A stretch of DNA of 64,000 nucleotides, taken from Patescibacteria group bacterium. Lineage in GTDB: Bacteria; Patescibacteriota; UBA1384; 2-12-FULL-50-11. The position numbers and the translations under genes were made by a program. Below, piece after piece: positions 18,251 through 27,195 of the stretch (within the stretch, counting starts at the first letter, position 1; each line of letters opens with the position of its first letter). Below the pieces are notes generated by a model. That model was not told the origin of the DNA, ran no database searches, and was given only the letters and a program-made list of their open reading frames with translations. The stretch covers positions 197,190 through 261,189 of the forward strand of contig JBBUAP010000001.1 of NCBI GenBank assembly GCA_038058635.1. The letters run 5' to 3'.

Positions 18251-19957
18251 ATGGAAATTAGAAACTTTGCTATCATCGCTCATGTTGATCACGGTAAGTC
18301 GACGCTTGCCGATCGAATGCTAGAAAAAACTGGAACAGTTAAGGTTGGCTCAGGCAATCAACTGCTCGACACGATGGAGCTCGAACGGGAAAAGGGGATC
18401 ACAATTAAGCTCAATCCGGCGCGTATGTTTTACGAGCACAGCGGTGTCAAGTATCAATTGAATCTGATCGACACTCCCGGCCATGTGGACTTTGGCTATG
18501 AAGTTTCGCGTTCGCTGGCGGCGGTCGAAGGGGTTTTATTGCTGGTCGATGCCAGCCAAGGCATTCAGGCCCAGACTCTAACCAACCTTCAGCTCGCCAA
18601 ACAAAACCATTTAGTCATCATTCCAGTCGTCAATAAAATCGACCTGCCTCACGCTCAAAGCGAAGAGACCGCTCAACAGCTCGTTAAAGTATTGCAGTGC
18701 GCTGAAGACGATATTTGCTTTGTTTCCGGCAAAACCGGCGAAGGAGTTGACGAGCTATTAGAGGCGATTGCCACCCGAATTCCTCCGCCAACATCGAAGC
18801 CAGATGAACCGTTGCAAGCCTTAGTTTTCGACTCTTTTTTTGATGTTTTTCTGGGGGTCGTCGCTTATGTCAAAGTTGTTAGCGGCTCATTGAAGAAAAA
18901 CCAGCCGCTAATGATGCGAGTGACTGGCGTCAATTTTGATTGCTTGCAAGCCGGCTATTTGCAAATCAAACGGATAGATAATGGCACATTGGCCAACGGT
19001 GAAATTGGCTATGTCGCCACCGGCTTAAAAACGGTGCATGACTGTCGGGTCGGCGACACGATTGTCACAACGGCCGCCACCAACGCCTTACCGGGCTATC
19101 AAATTTCAAAGCCGATGATTTTTGCTTCGTTTTTTCCCGAGCCGGGCAAAGAACGGGAGCTGACGGTGGCGCTCGACAAACTCAAGCTTTCTGATGCCTC
19201 GCTGTCTTACGAGCCGGTTAGCTCGAAGGCCCTGGGACCGGGTTACAGCATCGGATTTTTAGGCCTGCTTCATTTAGAGATAATCAAAGAGCGGCTCAAT
19301 CGGGAATTTGATATTAATATTTTAGTGACCACGCCATCAGTGGCCTACAAACAAGAGAGCGACCAATGGCTCGAGCCGTGGGTGGAACTGGAAGTGGTCT
19401 GTCCGCAGGAGCATTACGGCGCCGTCAGCGATTTGGTGTCTCAAAACCGAGCGGTGTTCATCAATGTTGAGTATGTCGCCGATCGGGTCATTTGCCATTA
19501 CGAAGCGCCGCTCTCGGAAGTCATTAGCGATTTTTACGACAAACTCAAATCCGTCACTTCTGGCTACGCCTCGATGGATTACCAGCTCAAAGACTACCGT
19601 CCGGCCGATCTAGTCGCAGTTGATCTGCTGGTGGCCGGCGACAAGATTGATGCCCTAACCCAACATATGGTGCGGAGTAAAGCTGAGAGCTACGGCCGCC
19701 GGTTGGTTGAAAAACTAAAAGAATTAATTCCTCGTCAGAATTTTGAGGTCACCTTACAAGCGGCGATCGGCGGTAAAATAATTGCCCGAAGTGATATCTC
19801 GGCTGTGCGCAAAGATGTCATCGCCAAGCTTTACGGCGGCGATGTCACTCGCAAAAATAAGCTCTTAGATAAACAGCGCAAAGGTAAAAAGCGGATGCGC
19901 CAACTCGGCCGGGTTGAAGTCCCCAGCGAAGTGTTTGTGGAATTGCTGAAGAAGTAA
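18251..19957 (+). CDS. lepA: translation elongation factor 4 (LepA)
   Basis: IIAHVDHGKSTL, DTPGHVDF, NKIDLP GTPase motifs and the LepA C-terminal domain. Confidence 0.9.
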   Translation: MEIRNFAIIAHVDHGKSTLADRMLEKTGTVKVGSGNQLLDTMELEREKGITIKLNPARMFYEHSGVKYQLNLIDTPGHVDFGYEVSRSLAAVEGVLLLVDASQGIQAQTLTNLQLAKQNHLVIIPVVNKIDLPHAQSEETAQQLVKVLQCAEDDICFVSGKTGEGVDELLEAIATRIPPPTSKPDEPLQALVFDSFFDVFLGVVAYVKVVSGSLKKNQPLMMRVTGVNFDCLQAGYLQIKRIDNGTLANGEIGYVATGLKTVHDCRVGDTIVTTAATNALPGYQISKPMIFASFFPEPGKERELTVALDKLKLSDASLSYEPVSSKALGPGYSIGFLGLLHLEIIKERLNREFDINILVTTPSVAYKQESDQWLEPWVELEVVCPQEHYGAVSDLVSQNRAVFINVEYVADRVICHYEAPLSEVISDFYDKLKSVTSGYASMDYQLKDYRPADLVAVDLLVAGDKIDALTQHMVRSKAESYGRRLVEKLKELIPRQNFEVTLQAAIGGKIIARSDISAVRKDVIAKLYGGDVTRKNKLLDKQRKGKKRMRQLGRVEVPSEVFVELLKK

Positions 19958-19964
19958 AAAAATT

Positions 19965-19985
19965 CCCCCACCTGGCAGATGGGGG
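19965..19985 (-). terminator. intrinsic terminator for the convergent gene pair
   Basis: CCCCCAcctggcagaTGGGGG hairpin. The minus strand follows it with a T-run. Confidence 0.55.
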
Positions 19986-20006
19986 CACTGGGCAAAGGTC
20001 GACTCG

Positions 20007-20612
20007 TTACCGGCTTGTTGCCGGCTCGTCTTTGTAGACAATGCTTCGGTACTTCGCAATCCGGACATCTCGAAGCTTGATCCCGTCTTCGAAGCACAGT
20101 CTCTTGAGAGTTGGCATGTGAGCAAAATACTCGACCTGGCGATCGAACGGCTTGATCTGAACGCCGAGGGGTTCGACTTGAATCATAAGATCACTCAATA
20201 CCTCTTCCCGATTTCCACCCGAGTAGGTTGCTACAAAACGACCTGGAGCACCTCGTCGGAGGCACTGCTCGTAAATGTCGGGACGACCGACCTCAGTTAA
20301 TTGCTCTCTGAGCTTATCCAAATCGATCTCCCAATCGCAGTATACCCCGATGGTCTTGAGTCTCGGAATGCGTCCGTGCGTCTTTTTGATGTAGCGAATG
20401 CCGTCGCCGGCTAACTCAATCATCTTTTCTTGCGCCAATCGCCGCTTTTCTTCGAGGGTCTTGATAAGCGACTCCAAACCCAGATAATCGGCCGTAGCTC
20501 TCGCCAGGTCGAATTGATCTTCGTCGATGGTCGGGGGAGGGCTGGCGTCAGCATCGTAAACCAACTTTATCCCCACTTCCGGTAGCTTCAAAGTGAAAGT
20601 TTCATTTGCCAA
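20007..20612 (-). CDS. hypothetical protein (coiled-coil N-terminus, possible nuclease-like C-terminus)
   Basis: No confident family. A DWEID acidic cluster is present. Confidence 0.3.
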   Translation of the reverse strand: MANETFTLKLPEVGIKLVYDADASPPPTIDEDQFDLARATADYLGLESLIKTLEEKRRLAQEKMIELAGDGIRYIKKTHGRIPRLKTIGVYCDWEIDLDKLREQLTEVGRPDIYEQCLRRGAPGRFVATYSGGNREEVLSDLMIQVEPLGVQIKPFDRQVEYFAHMPTLKRLCFEDGIKLRDVRIAKYRSIVYKDEPATSR

Positions 20613-20705
20613 AGGTCTTCTCCTGTGAGGTACAAATAGTCAGCCAAAGCTGACGCTAAAGTCGAATTACTTCGGCCCTAGCGCAGCAGGAGCTGATCGC
20701 TATTC

Positions 20706-21056
20706 TTACTCGGCGTGAGCTTCGGCCCAAGCGGAACCGTCAGTATTCGTGCCGGCGGAGGCCCAGGCGCTGGCCGAAACTTCGTCGGTCGTTTCTTCAA
20801 CAAAAACGACTCGGTATCTTGGTGTGACTTTTTTGGTGGCTGGCTTTGAGGCCGGTGTCGCCGGTGCTGGCGTTGTGGCTGGAGTCGTCACAGCCGGAGT
20901 AGCTGTTGAGCTTGGTGTGCCAACTAGCGTCGGCGTATTGGCGGTTTCGGGAGTGGCGTCTTTTTTATTGTTGCGCGTCGCCACAATCGCCCAAACAATG
21001 CCAGCGACAAAAATGGCAAAGGCAATACTTAATATGATTCGAACTGTTTTAGACAT
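20706..21056 (-). CDS. membrane-anchored Thr/Pro/Ala-rich low-complexity protein
   Basis: N-terminal TM helix then a TPATTPAPATPASKPA low-complexity region. Confidence 0.4.
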   Translation of the reverse strand: MSKTVRIILSIAFAIFVAGIVWAIVATRNNKKDATPETANTPTLVGTPSSTATPAVTTPATTPAPATPASKPATKKVTPRYRVVFVEETTDEVSASAWASAGTNTDGSAWAEAHAE

Positions 21057-21075
21057 GCATTTCAGTATATCGAAA

Positions 21076-21681
21076 TTATTTCTTTTGTCGAGTCTTCCAG
21101 TCGCCAGAATTGTGACGATTGCGTCCTAAGAAGTGCCAGGCGTGTGGATCGGACTTCTCAATTTGGTCCCACATCTTTTTAGCGGTCTTGGTATATATTT
21201 TATGCTGACGAATATCGCGCCGTCGTGAAGCGCCCCATAATTTTTTCAACACTACGCCATTGGCCTGCTGTTCTCGAAGTTCGATCTCAACATCTAGATT
21301 GTCAGCGTCTTTAACGATTTGGGCTTCAATACAATCATATTTTTCGTACTCGCGCCAAATCTCAATAAATTCTTTAAGCGAAGTTTTCTCCAAGATATCG
21401 ACTATCGCTAGATCTTCATTGCGTTTGGTGTATTGGCGGGAGAGATAGTCGACGTCACCAGTGCGAGATTCGGTAATGTCGTGGACCAGTGCCATTTTCA
21501 TTAGCTTCTCGATATCAACGCCTTTCTCTTTGCTGGCTATCAATAATGCGGTCCAAGTAATTCGAAAAGTGTGTTCGGTGACATTTGCAAAATCAGCGTT
21601 TAAGAAATGTCGCCAGGTCCGCTGGACATAGCGGAGTGCGCCTAACTCAAAAATCAAATTAATGTCAGCAGAAGCACTCAT
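21076..21681 (-). CDS. HD-domain phosphohydrolase (YfbR-like 5'-deoxynucleotidase family)
   Basis: H..HD (ALVHDITE) metal-binding motif. About 200 aa. Confidence 0.7.
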   Translation of the reverse strand: MSASADINLIFELGALRYVQRTWRHFLNADFANVTEHTFRITWTALLIASKEKGVDIEKLMKMALVHDITESRTGDVDYLSRQYTKRNEDLAIVDILEKTSLKEFIEIWREYEKYDCIEAQIVKDADNLDVEIELREQQANGVVLKKLWGASRRRDIRQHKIYTKTAKKMWDQIEKSDPHAWHFLGRNRHNSGDWKTRQKK

Positions 21682-21721
21682 AACTCGACACTAGCATTTG
21701 GCTCGGAAATGGCAACGCGTT

Positions 21722-21955
21722 TCAAAAAAGGATTTTCCAAAGGCCATAGCTGGCGACTAATAGCCAGGCAATGTTTAACGCCACTGGTTGATAATCCTTC
21801 TTAGACAATGCCTCAATGATAATACTGATTGAACCGGTGATATTAAGTAGCTGATAAGCGAGACTGTCGGTGCCAAGAACACTAAAATTCAACAACGCAA
21901 AAGCAACGATAATCGCCGTGACTCCGTACCAGCCGATGATCTGCTTAACTTTCAT
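21722..21955 (-). CDS. hypothetical small membrane protein
   Basis: Two TM helices. Confidence 0.3.
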   Translation of the reverse strand: MKVKQIIGWYGVTAIIVAFALLNFSVLGTDSLAYQLLNITGSISIIIEALSKKDYQPVALNIAWLLVASYGLWKILF

Positions 21956-21957
21956 TG

Positions 21958-22028
21958 AGCGGGAAACGGGAATCGAACCCGTGCCGAAAGATTGGAAATC
22001 TCTCGTTCTACCATTAAACTATTCCCGC
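21958..22028 (-). tRNA. tRNA-Gly (anticodon UCC)
   Basis: Acceptor GCGGGAA/TTCCCGC, anticodon stem AGAGA/TCTTT with loop TTTCCAA, T arm ACGGG-TTCGATT-CCCGT. Confidence 0.85.
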
Positions 22029-22735
22029 ATGTCAGAGAAAACTTGTTCGGCCCAAAACATGATCTTCCTGAAAAGAAAGATACCGTGTCTTTTCTCGCCT
22101 CTAGCAAGTATCACAATGTGAAGTGTACCATATGGGAGGCTGTTATGTCGCTTCTGGAGCTTGTTTTTTCTGGTGTCAAATTGTGTCTTACCAAACTGAT
22201 GGTTGGGTAATCCGGCTAACTTAGACCAATAATTCTTTGCTGAAACCTCGTCATTATCTGGGTAGAGATGGACACGAAGACGAAAGTTATCATTCTTCAG
22301 GTCCAACACTTCACGAAACCACCTCATCATCAACCTGATAGTTTCAGGATCGGAGTTAGCGAAACGGACAGCCCCAGTAGTTTTAGACCCCTCGCCCATA
22401 TAAAGAGCTAATCCCAGCATCCATAAGTCCCTTTTTGTAATTGCCGGTAATTCTTTTTGTGCTTCTTGTTTTGCGATGGCCAGTGACTGAAAACGGTCTC
22501 TCTTACGAGCCATTGTCATCTGCTTGGTAGCCTTCGCTATCCTGCGCACCACCATTTCGTTTGGACGGTAAGGCAGATCTTTGAGCCAATCACTTAAGGT
22601 GCTTTTAGATACCCCAATTTCTTTTTGTATTAAGCTATACGAGTAACCTAACCCCCTCAAATCTATTGCTTGTTGCTTGAGAATTGCCAGAGTCATTATA
22701 GTACTAGCGTATCGTACACTACGATATATAGTCAA
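22019..22735 (-). CDS. HTH + single-LAGLIDADG-like domain protein (paralog A), probable homing-endonuclease-like
   Basis: N-terminal resolvase-type HTH (IQKEIGVSKSTLSDWLKD). LWMLGLALYMGEGSKT..VRFANSDPETIRLMMRWF resembles the I-DmoI motif-2 region (GLYVAEGDKT...LRIW). Paralogous to 31972-32631. The stop overlaps the tRNA-Gly 5' end. The true start is likely M14 (~22696). Confidence 0.5.
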   Translation of the reverse strand: MTIYRSVRYASTIMTLAILKQQAIDLRGLGYSYSLIQKEIGVSKSTLSDWLKDLPYRPNEMVVRRIAKATKQMTMARKRDRFQSLAIAKQEAQKELPAITKRDLWMLGLALYMGEGSKTTGAVRFANSDPETIRLMMRWFREVLDLKNDNFRLRVHLYPDNDEVSAKNYWSKLAGLPNHQFGKTQFDTRKNKLQKRHNSLPYGTLHIVILARGEKRHGIFLFRKIMFWAEQVFSDMRE

Positions 22736-22796
22736 GGGTACGATAAACTATAACTCAATCTCTCTCAAATAGTGCTAGCCCTATTTTCCTTGCTCG

Positions 22797-23207
22797 CTAG
22801 CTGTTTTTGGCCAGGTCGATAACAGTTTTGAAGGCAACGATCATCGCGGCTGGAGCCACGAAATGACTGATATTGATGAAGGCCGTACCCAGCCAGTCGC
22901 CGATATAAGGCAGAAAATCGAGCCCGGCACTACCGACCAACAGCAAGACAATAGCCGCCACCAGGAAGCTACTGGTTTCTTTGTAGGTGATGTTGAAGAA
23001 GCCAACAAACAAGCCAAGGACGGCCAGAACCAGTCCGGGCGTCGTTCGATCGGAAGTATCAGGGAAGAAACTCAAGACTATTGCCAACGCGATTCCAAAC
23101 AAGAATGCTAACTCACCCCAAGATTTTTGCTTTGTGTTTGTCATTAACTTAAGTCTAACTAGGGCGCAGGGGTTGTCAAATCTGCCAGAGGTATCGGTCC
23201 AAATCAA
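22797..23207 (-). CDS. hypothetical membrane protein
   Basis: Three TM helices. The likely start is the internal MTNTKQK (~23141), since the annotated 5' end overlaps the next gene. Confidence 0.3.
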   Translation of the reverse strand: MIWTDTSGRFDNPCALVRLKLMTNTKQKSWGELAFLFGIALAIVLSFFPDTSDRTTPGLVLAVLGLFVGFFNITYKETSSFLVAAIVLLLVGSAGLDFLPYIGDWLGTAFINISHFVAPAAMIVAFKTVIDLAKNS

Positions 23208-23490
23208 TGTAGTAGCTGCCAGCTCGTTCCTCGACTTTTATTCCCTCACCACGAAGCAATTGGGCCTGTAATTCGGCTGGAAAGGCCATATTAATAATCG
23301 ATATGCGACCCTGCGAGTTGATGACTCTCTGCCACGGCAATTGCTCACTTTCGCTGGATTGACGCAAGATACGCCCAACCATTAAAGCCGCTCGAGGACT
23401 ACCGGCCAAAGCGGCAATCTGTCCGTAAGTGGCGACTTTCCCCTGCGGAATTTGTTTAATCTGACTAATTACTTGCTCCTTGAAGGTCAT
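23176..23490 (-). CDS. alkyltransferase-like protein (ATL; MGMT DNA-binding domain without active-site Cys)
   Basis: YGQIAALAGSPRAALMVG helix-turn-helix and LPWQRV in place of the PCHRV active site, matching the ATL PWHRV class. Confidence 0.65.
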   Translation of the reverse strand: MTFKEQVISQIKQIPQGKVATYGQIAALAGSPRAALMVGRILRQSSESEQLPWQRVINSQGRISIINMAFPAELQAQLLRGEGIKVEERAGSYYIDLDRYLWQI

Positions 23491-24262
23491 CGCTGTTAAT
23501 ATACCCTATATGACGGAGGTCTGGTTCTATAGTTTATTGAGTGTCGTACTCGTCAGTCTAATCTCCTTGGTCGGGGTGATCGTTTTGGCGATCAAGCAAG
23601 ATATTCTCAATCGAATCGTTTTTATCCTTGTTAGTTTAGCGGTCGGCGCCTTGTTTGGAGACGCCTTAATCCATCTACTCCCAGAAGCTTACAAGTCTTT
23701 TGACAGCGAGCTAACAGTATCGTATCTGGTCATGGCTGGATTCCTGTTATTTTTCTTGGTTGAAAAGTACCTTCATTGGCATCACCACCACGACGAAGAT
23801 TCCGGCGTTCATATTCACCCGGTTGGTTACATCAATCTCGTCTCTGATGGTATGCACAACTTTATTGACGGAGTCCTGATCGGAGTTTCATACTTAGTTT
23901 CAATTCCACTCGGGCTAGCGACAACTTTTGCGGTAGTGTTGCACGAAATTCCCCAAGAGATTGGGGATTTTGGGGTCTTGATCAGCGCTGGCTTTACTCG
24001 CCAGAAAGCCCTTTGGCTTAACTTTGCCATCGGCTTGACGGCGGTTTTGGGGACGGTGCTGGCCTTAGTATTTGGCAGTCGGCTGGAGACATTGGCGCAA
24101 CTGGCCATCCCACTAACTGCGGGGGGATTTCTGTATATCGCCGCGGTTGATTTACTCCCCCCACTACATAAAGAAACCCGACCTTTTCGATCGCTGATAC
24201 AGCTACTGGCGATTATTGCTGGCGTCGCCATCATGGCCTGGCTGAAAATTCACGAAGGCTAG
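23480..24262 (+). CDS. ZIP-family zinc/metal transporter (ZupT-like)
   Basis: HEIPQEIGDFGVL signature. His-rich loop HWHHHHDED. Confidence 0.8.
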   Translation: MKVIAVNIPYMTEVWFYSLLSVVLVSLISLVGVIVLAIKQDILNRIVFILVSLAVGALFGDALIHLLPEAYKSFDSELTVSYLVMAGFLLFFLVEKYLHWHHHHDEDSGVHIHPVGYINLVSDGMHNFIDGVLIGVSYLVSIPLGLATTFAVVLHEIPQEIGDFGVLISAGFTRQKALWLNFAIGLTAVLGTVLALVFGSRLETLAQLAIPLTAGGFLYIAAVDLLPPLHKETRPFRSLIQLLAIIAGVAIMAWLKIHEG

Positions 24263-24783
24263 ACTTGGGACGAGTTGACAATCTCTACGCGGTCGCCGAT
24301 TTTTATGCTGTCGGCGGCGCCAGAATTAACTTCCAGCACATAATCAATCTGAATTTTCGGCGAGTAGGTTGGCAAATTCTGGGGCAAAGCATCAGAATTT
24401 GGTGCGGGAACATGGCGCGAGAGATCGACGACTTTGCCGTCAAAGATCCAGACGATATCTAGGTCAAAGCGCATATCTTTCATCCAAAACGCCGGCGTCT
24501 GGGCTGGTTCAAAGACAAACAACATCCCAGCGTTTGTTGCTAATGAATCGCGCTCACCCAAGCCAAGCGCCTGTTGTTCGTCGGTCAGCGCCAGTTCGAC
24601 ACTGAAAGTTTTCTCGCCGATCCGGACACCGCTCCGAGCGTATTGGCTTATCCCAAGTTCGGTTGCGGGAGCTGTCTCGGCGCTAAGCGTGGTTTTGGAG
24701 CTAGTCTTAATTTGGTTAACACCAAACCCGGCTACTATCACTAGTGCCGCTAAAATCCCAAAACTAATCAACTTAGTTTTCAT
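24259..24783 (-). CDS. DUF192 domain protein
   Basis: Signal/TM then GMLFVF..AFWMKDMRFDLDIVWI matches the DUF192 (COG1430) core. Confidence 0.65.
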   Translation of the reverse strand: MKTKLISFGILAALVIVAGFGVNQIKTSSKTTLSAETAPATELGISQYARSGVRIGEKTFSVELALTDEQQALGLGERDSLATNAGMLFVFEPAQTPAFWMKDMRFDLDIVWIFDGKVVDLSRHVPAPNSDALPQNLPTYSPKIQIDYVLEVNSGAADSIKIGDRVEIVNSSQV

Positions 24784-24789
24784 ACTCGG

Positions 24790-24862
24790 TCGGGCTGGTG
24801 AGACTCGAACTCACGGCCTCCGCGTCCCAAACGCGGCACGCTACCAACTGCGCCACAGCCCG
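24790..24862 (-). tRNA. tRNA-Pro (anticodon UGG)
   Basis: Acceptor CGGGCTG/CAGCCCG, anticodon stem CCGCG/CGCGG with loop TTTGGGA, T arm GTGAG-TTCGAGT-CTCAC. Confidence 0.85.
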
Positions 24863-25000
24863 TAGAGGTAATTTTACCCCATTGAAGAAGATTAATGAAT
24901 ATCCCCGAGGCAAGCCGACGGGGGTATTTTTAAACGAGATACTATAAATGTTCCCGTGGCAGAGACCACGGGGTATCTCGTTCAATGAAGAGCTTTGGCG

Positions 25001-25408
25001 CTACAAATAGATTCGGCCAATTACGAAGATGGCAATAAAGGCAATAAAAGAACTCCAAGTCAGTACGGTCAGGCCACGGGTTGAATTGAGGTCACCCGAC
25101 AGTCCTGATGCCACCTTGGCGTTAATGAGACGAACGGCGATAAAGTAATCAAGTCCGATAAGAGCTATCTTGACCCAGAATATCGGGCTGGAGTTCAACT
25201 CGTCCCAATTACGGTAGGCCATATATATCCCGGCAATCACCGTCAAACTCATGGCGTGAAGGCCAAACTTTCGAATGAAGCTAATTGCCTTGAGCTTGAC
25301 CTCGTCTAGGGGCTTACTGACAGAGAAGACGAGCGAGAAAAATACTATCCCCATCACTACGCTGGCAGAGATCAGATGCACTAAGAGTGCGAAGCGAAAT
25401 ATAGTCAT
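25001..25408 (-). CDS. hypothetical membrane protein (4 TM)
   Basis: Hydrophobicity pattern only. Confidence 0.3.
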   Translation of the reverse strand: MTIFRFALLVHLISASVVMGIVFFSLVFSVSKPLDEVKLKAISFIRKFGLHAMSLTVIAGIYMAYRNWDELNSSPIFWVKIALIGLDYFIAVRLINAKVASGLSGDLNSTRGLTVLTWSSFIAFIAIFVIGRIYL

Positions 25409-25454
25409 GTACGTTTACCCGCTTATTATGAGAATGGCGGCACGATATCCATGG

Positions 25455-26102
25455 CTACTCCTCAAATGTAATGGTCGATATTATCTGGTCAACAATCTTT
25501 AGATTTGCAGTTTCTTCGACCGAAGCAACATCACTTCCCGTCCAGGGACCACTGATTGAATATGTGTACCCGCCAGTCAGGATGTAATAACTAACATTCG
25601 TACCCCCGACAAAAGTATAGGTTACTTTTGTGGCCTTAACACCATTGATCGTAACATCCTCACTTTTACTCGAGGTAGTGCTCGGATACTCGCTAGCACC
25701 GAGTTGCGTGACGGTTTTTTTGCTAATCCCAATGTAGCCAAAGTGATCGCTAGCACCTGGGGGAGTATAGTCAACATAGAAGGTATAGCTTTTCCAGGGC
25801 TCGGCCAATGCTGTGGGGTCTGAATTTTCACGGGCGATCCAATCCTGGGGATGCTTAAAGCTAAAACCGTAGCTTGAGTTCGTGTATGACTGCCAGTCGG
25901 CAATACCCGTTGCTGTAGTAATGGCTGTAGTTTTTTTCGTCACGACAGCAGAATTATCAGTCGTGTCTGGTGCAGTATTCTGGGCCCAAACTAAGTAGCC
26001 TAGAGCAATTACCAGAACAACCCCAAAAACAGCTAGCCATAGTTTCAAACCGGTTGGGGCGTGATGCGGTGGCAATTGATTCTCTGGCGGCATAATATCC
26101 AT
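25455..26102 (-). CDS. membrane-anchored secreted protein, tandem paralog 1
   Basis: About 90% identical to the protein at 26105-26746. N-terminal TM then a Thr-rich linker and a beta-rich domain. Confidence 0.45.
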   Translation of the reverse strand: MDIMPPENQLPPHHAPTGLKLWLAVFGVVLVIALGYLVWAQNTAPDTTDNSAVVTKKTTAITTATGIADWQSYTNSSYGFSFKHPQDWIARENSDPTALAEPWKSYTFYVDYTPPGASDHFGYIGISKKTVTQLGASEYPSTTSSKSEDVTINGVKATKVTYTFVGGTNVSYYILTGGYTYSISGPWTGSDVASVEETANLKIVDQIISTITFEE

Positions 26103-26104
26103 GG

Positions 26105-26746
26105 CTACTTCTCAAAAGTAATGGTCGATATTATCTGGTCAACAATCTTTAGATTTGCAATTTCTTCGACCGAAGCAACATCACTTCCCGTCCAAGGACC
26201 GCTGATTGAATATGTGTACCCTCTAGTCACGATGTAATAATTAACATTCGTACCCCCGACAAAGGTATACGATATTTTTGTGGCCTTGACGCCATTTATC
26301 GTGACATCCTCACTTTTACTCGAGGTAGTGCTGGGATACTCGCTAGCACCGAGTTGCGTTACGGTTTTTTTGCTAATCCCGATGTAGCCAAAGTGATCGC
26401 TAGCACCTGGGGGAGTATAGTCAACATAGAAAGTGTAGCTTTTCCAAGGCTCTGCCAATGCTGTGGGGTCTGAATTTTCACGGGCAATCCAATCCTGGGG
26501 ATGCTTAAAGTTAAAACCGTAGCTTGAGTTCGTGTATGACTGCCAGTCCGCAATACCCGTTGCTGTTGTAATGGCTGTAGTTTTTTTTGTTACCGCTGCT
26601 GAGTTATCGGTCGTGTCTGGGGCGGTGTTTGAAGCCCAGACTAGGTACGACAAGGCTCCAATCAAAACAATGGCAAAAACCAGCAAGACTACTTTCAAGC
26701 TCGTGGTGGCGTGTTCGTGTTCGGTGTGTACTTCATTTAATTGCAT
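26105..26746 (-). CDS. membrane-anchored secreted protein, tandem paralog 2
   Basis: Near-identical to the protein at 25455-26102 at both DNA and protein level. Confidence 0.45.
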   Translation of the reverse strand: MQLNEVHTEHEHATTSLKVVLLVFAIVLIGALSYLVWASNTAPDTTDNSAAVTKKTTAITTATGIADWQSYTNSSYGFNFKHPQDWIARENSDPTALAEPWKSYTFYVDYTPPGASDHFGYIGISKKTVTQLGASEYPSTTSSKSEDVTINGVKATKISYTFVGGTNVNYYIVTRGYTYSISGPWTGSDVASVEEIANLKIVDQIISTITFEK

Positions 26747-26769
26747 AGTAATCTCCTCCTATAATTACT

Positions 26770-26970
26770 CTATGGGGCAGGTTGAGTATTGTCAACTTTA
26801 ACTGGCACGGCATGACGGACAATAACGCCGTCGACATCCTGGGCGGCGTAGATCAAGCCCAGCTCTTCGTTTTGTTGGACGACAAAGTAAACGAGAGTCC
26901 CAACCAGCATTAAGACAAATACTAAGAGCGACGCCTTCAAGCCCAAACCAACTTCGCTATGAACCTCCAT
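26770..26970 (-). CDS. hypothetical small membrane protein
   Basis: Single TM. Directly upstream of the paralog pair. Confidence 0.3.
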   Translation of the reverse strand: MEVHSEVGLGLKASLLVFVLMLVGTLVYFVVQQNEELGLIYAAQDVDGVIVRHAVPVKVDNTQPAP

Positions 26971-27195
26971 AGCTTTCAGCGTAGCCGAAAGCCAGCTATG
27001 TCGCTAGCGCTCGCTCCTCGTTAGAGACTCGTAGTCAGCAAACAGCCAAATGGAAAAGCCGAAAGCTGAAAGCTGACAGCCGAAAGCGATATTTGACTGC
27101 CCAGGCAGTCAGGCCTATACTGCGAGGAGCAAACAAAACAATAAAAGTTACGACAATTTTACTCGTAATGACTAACCATATGAAAGGACTAACAC

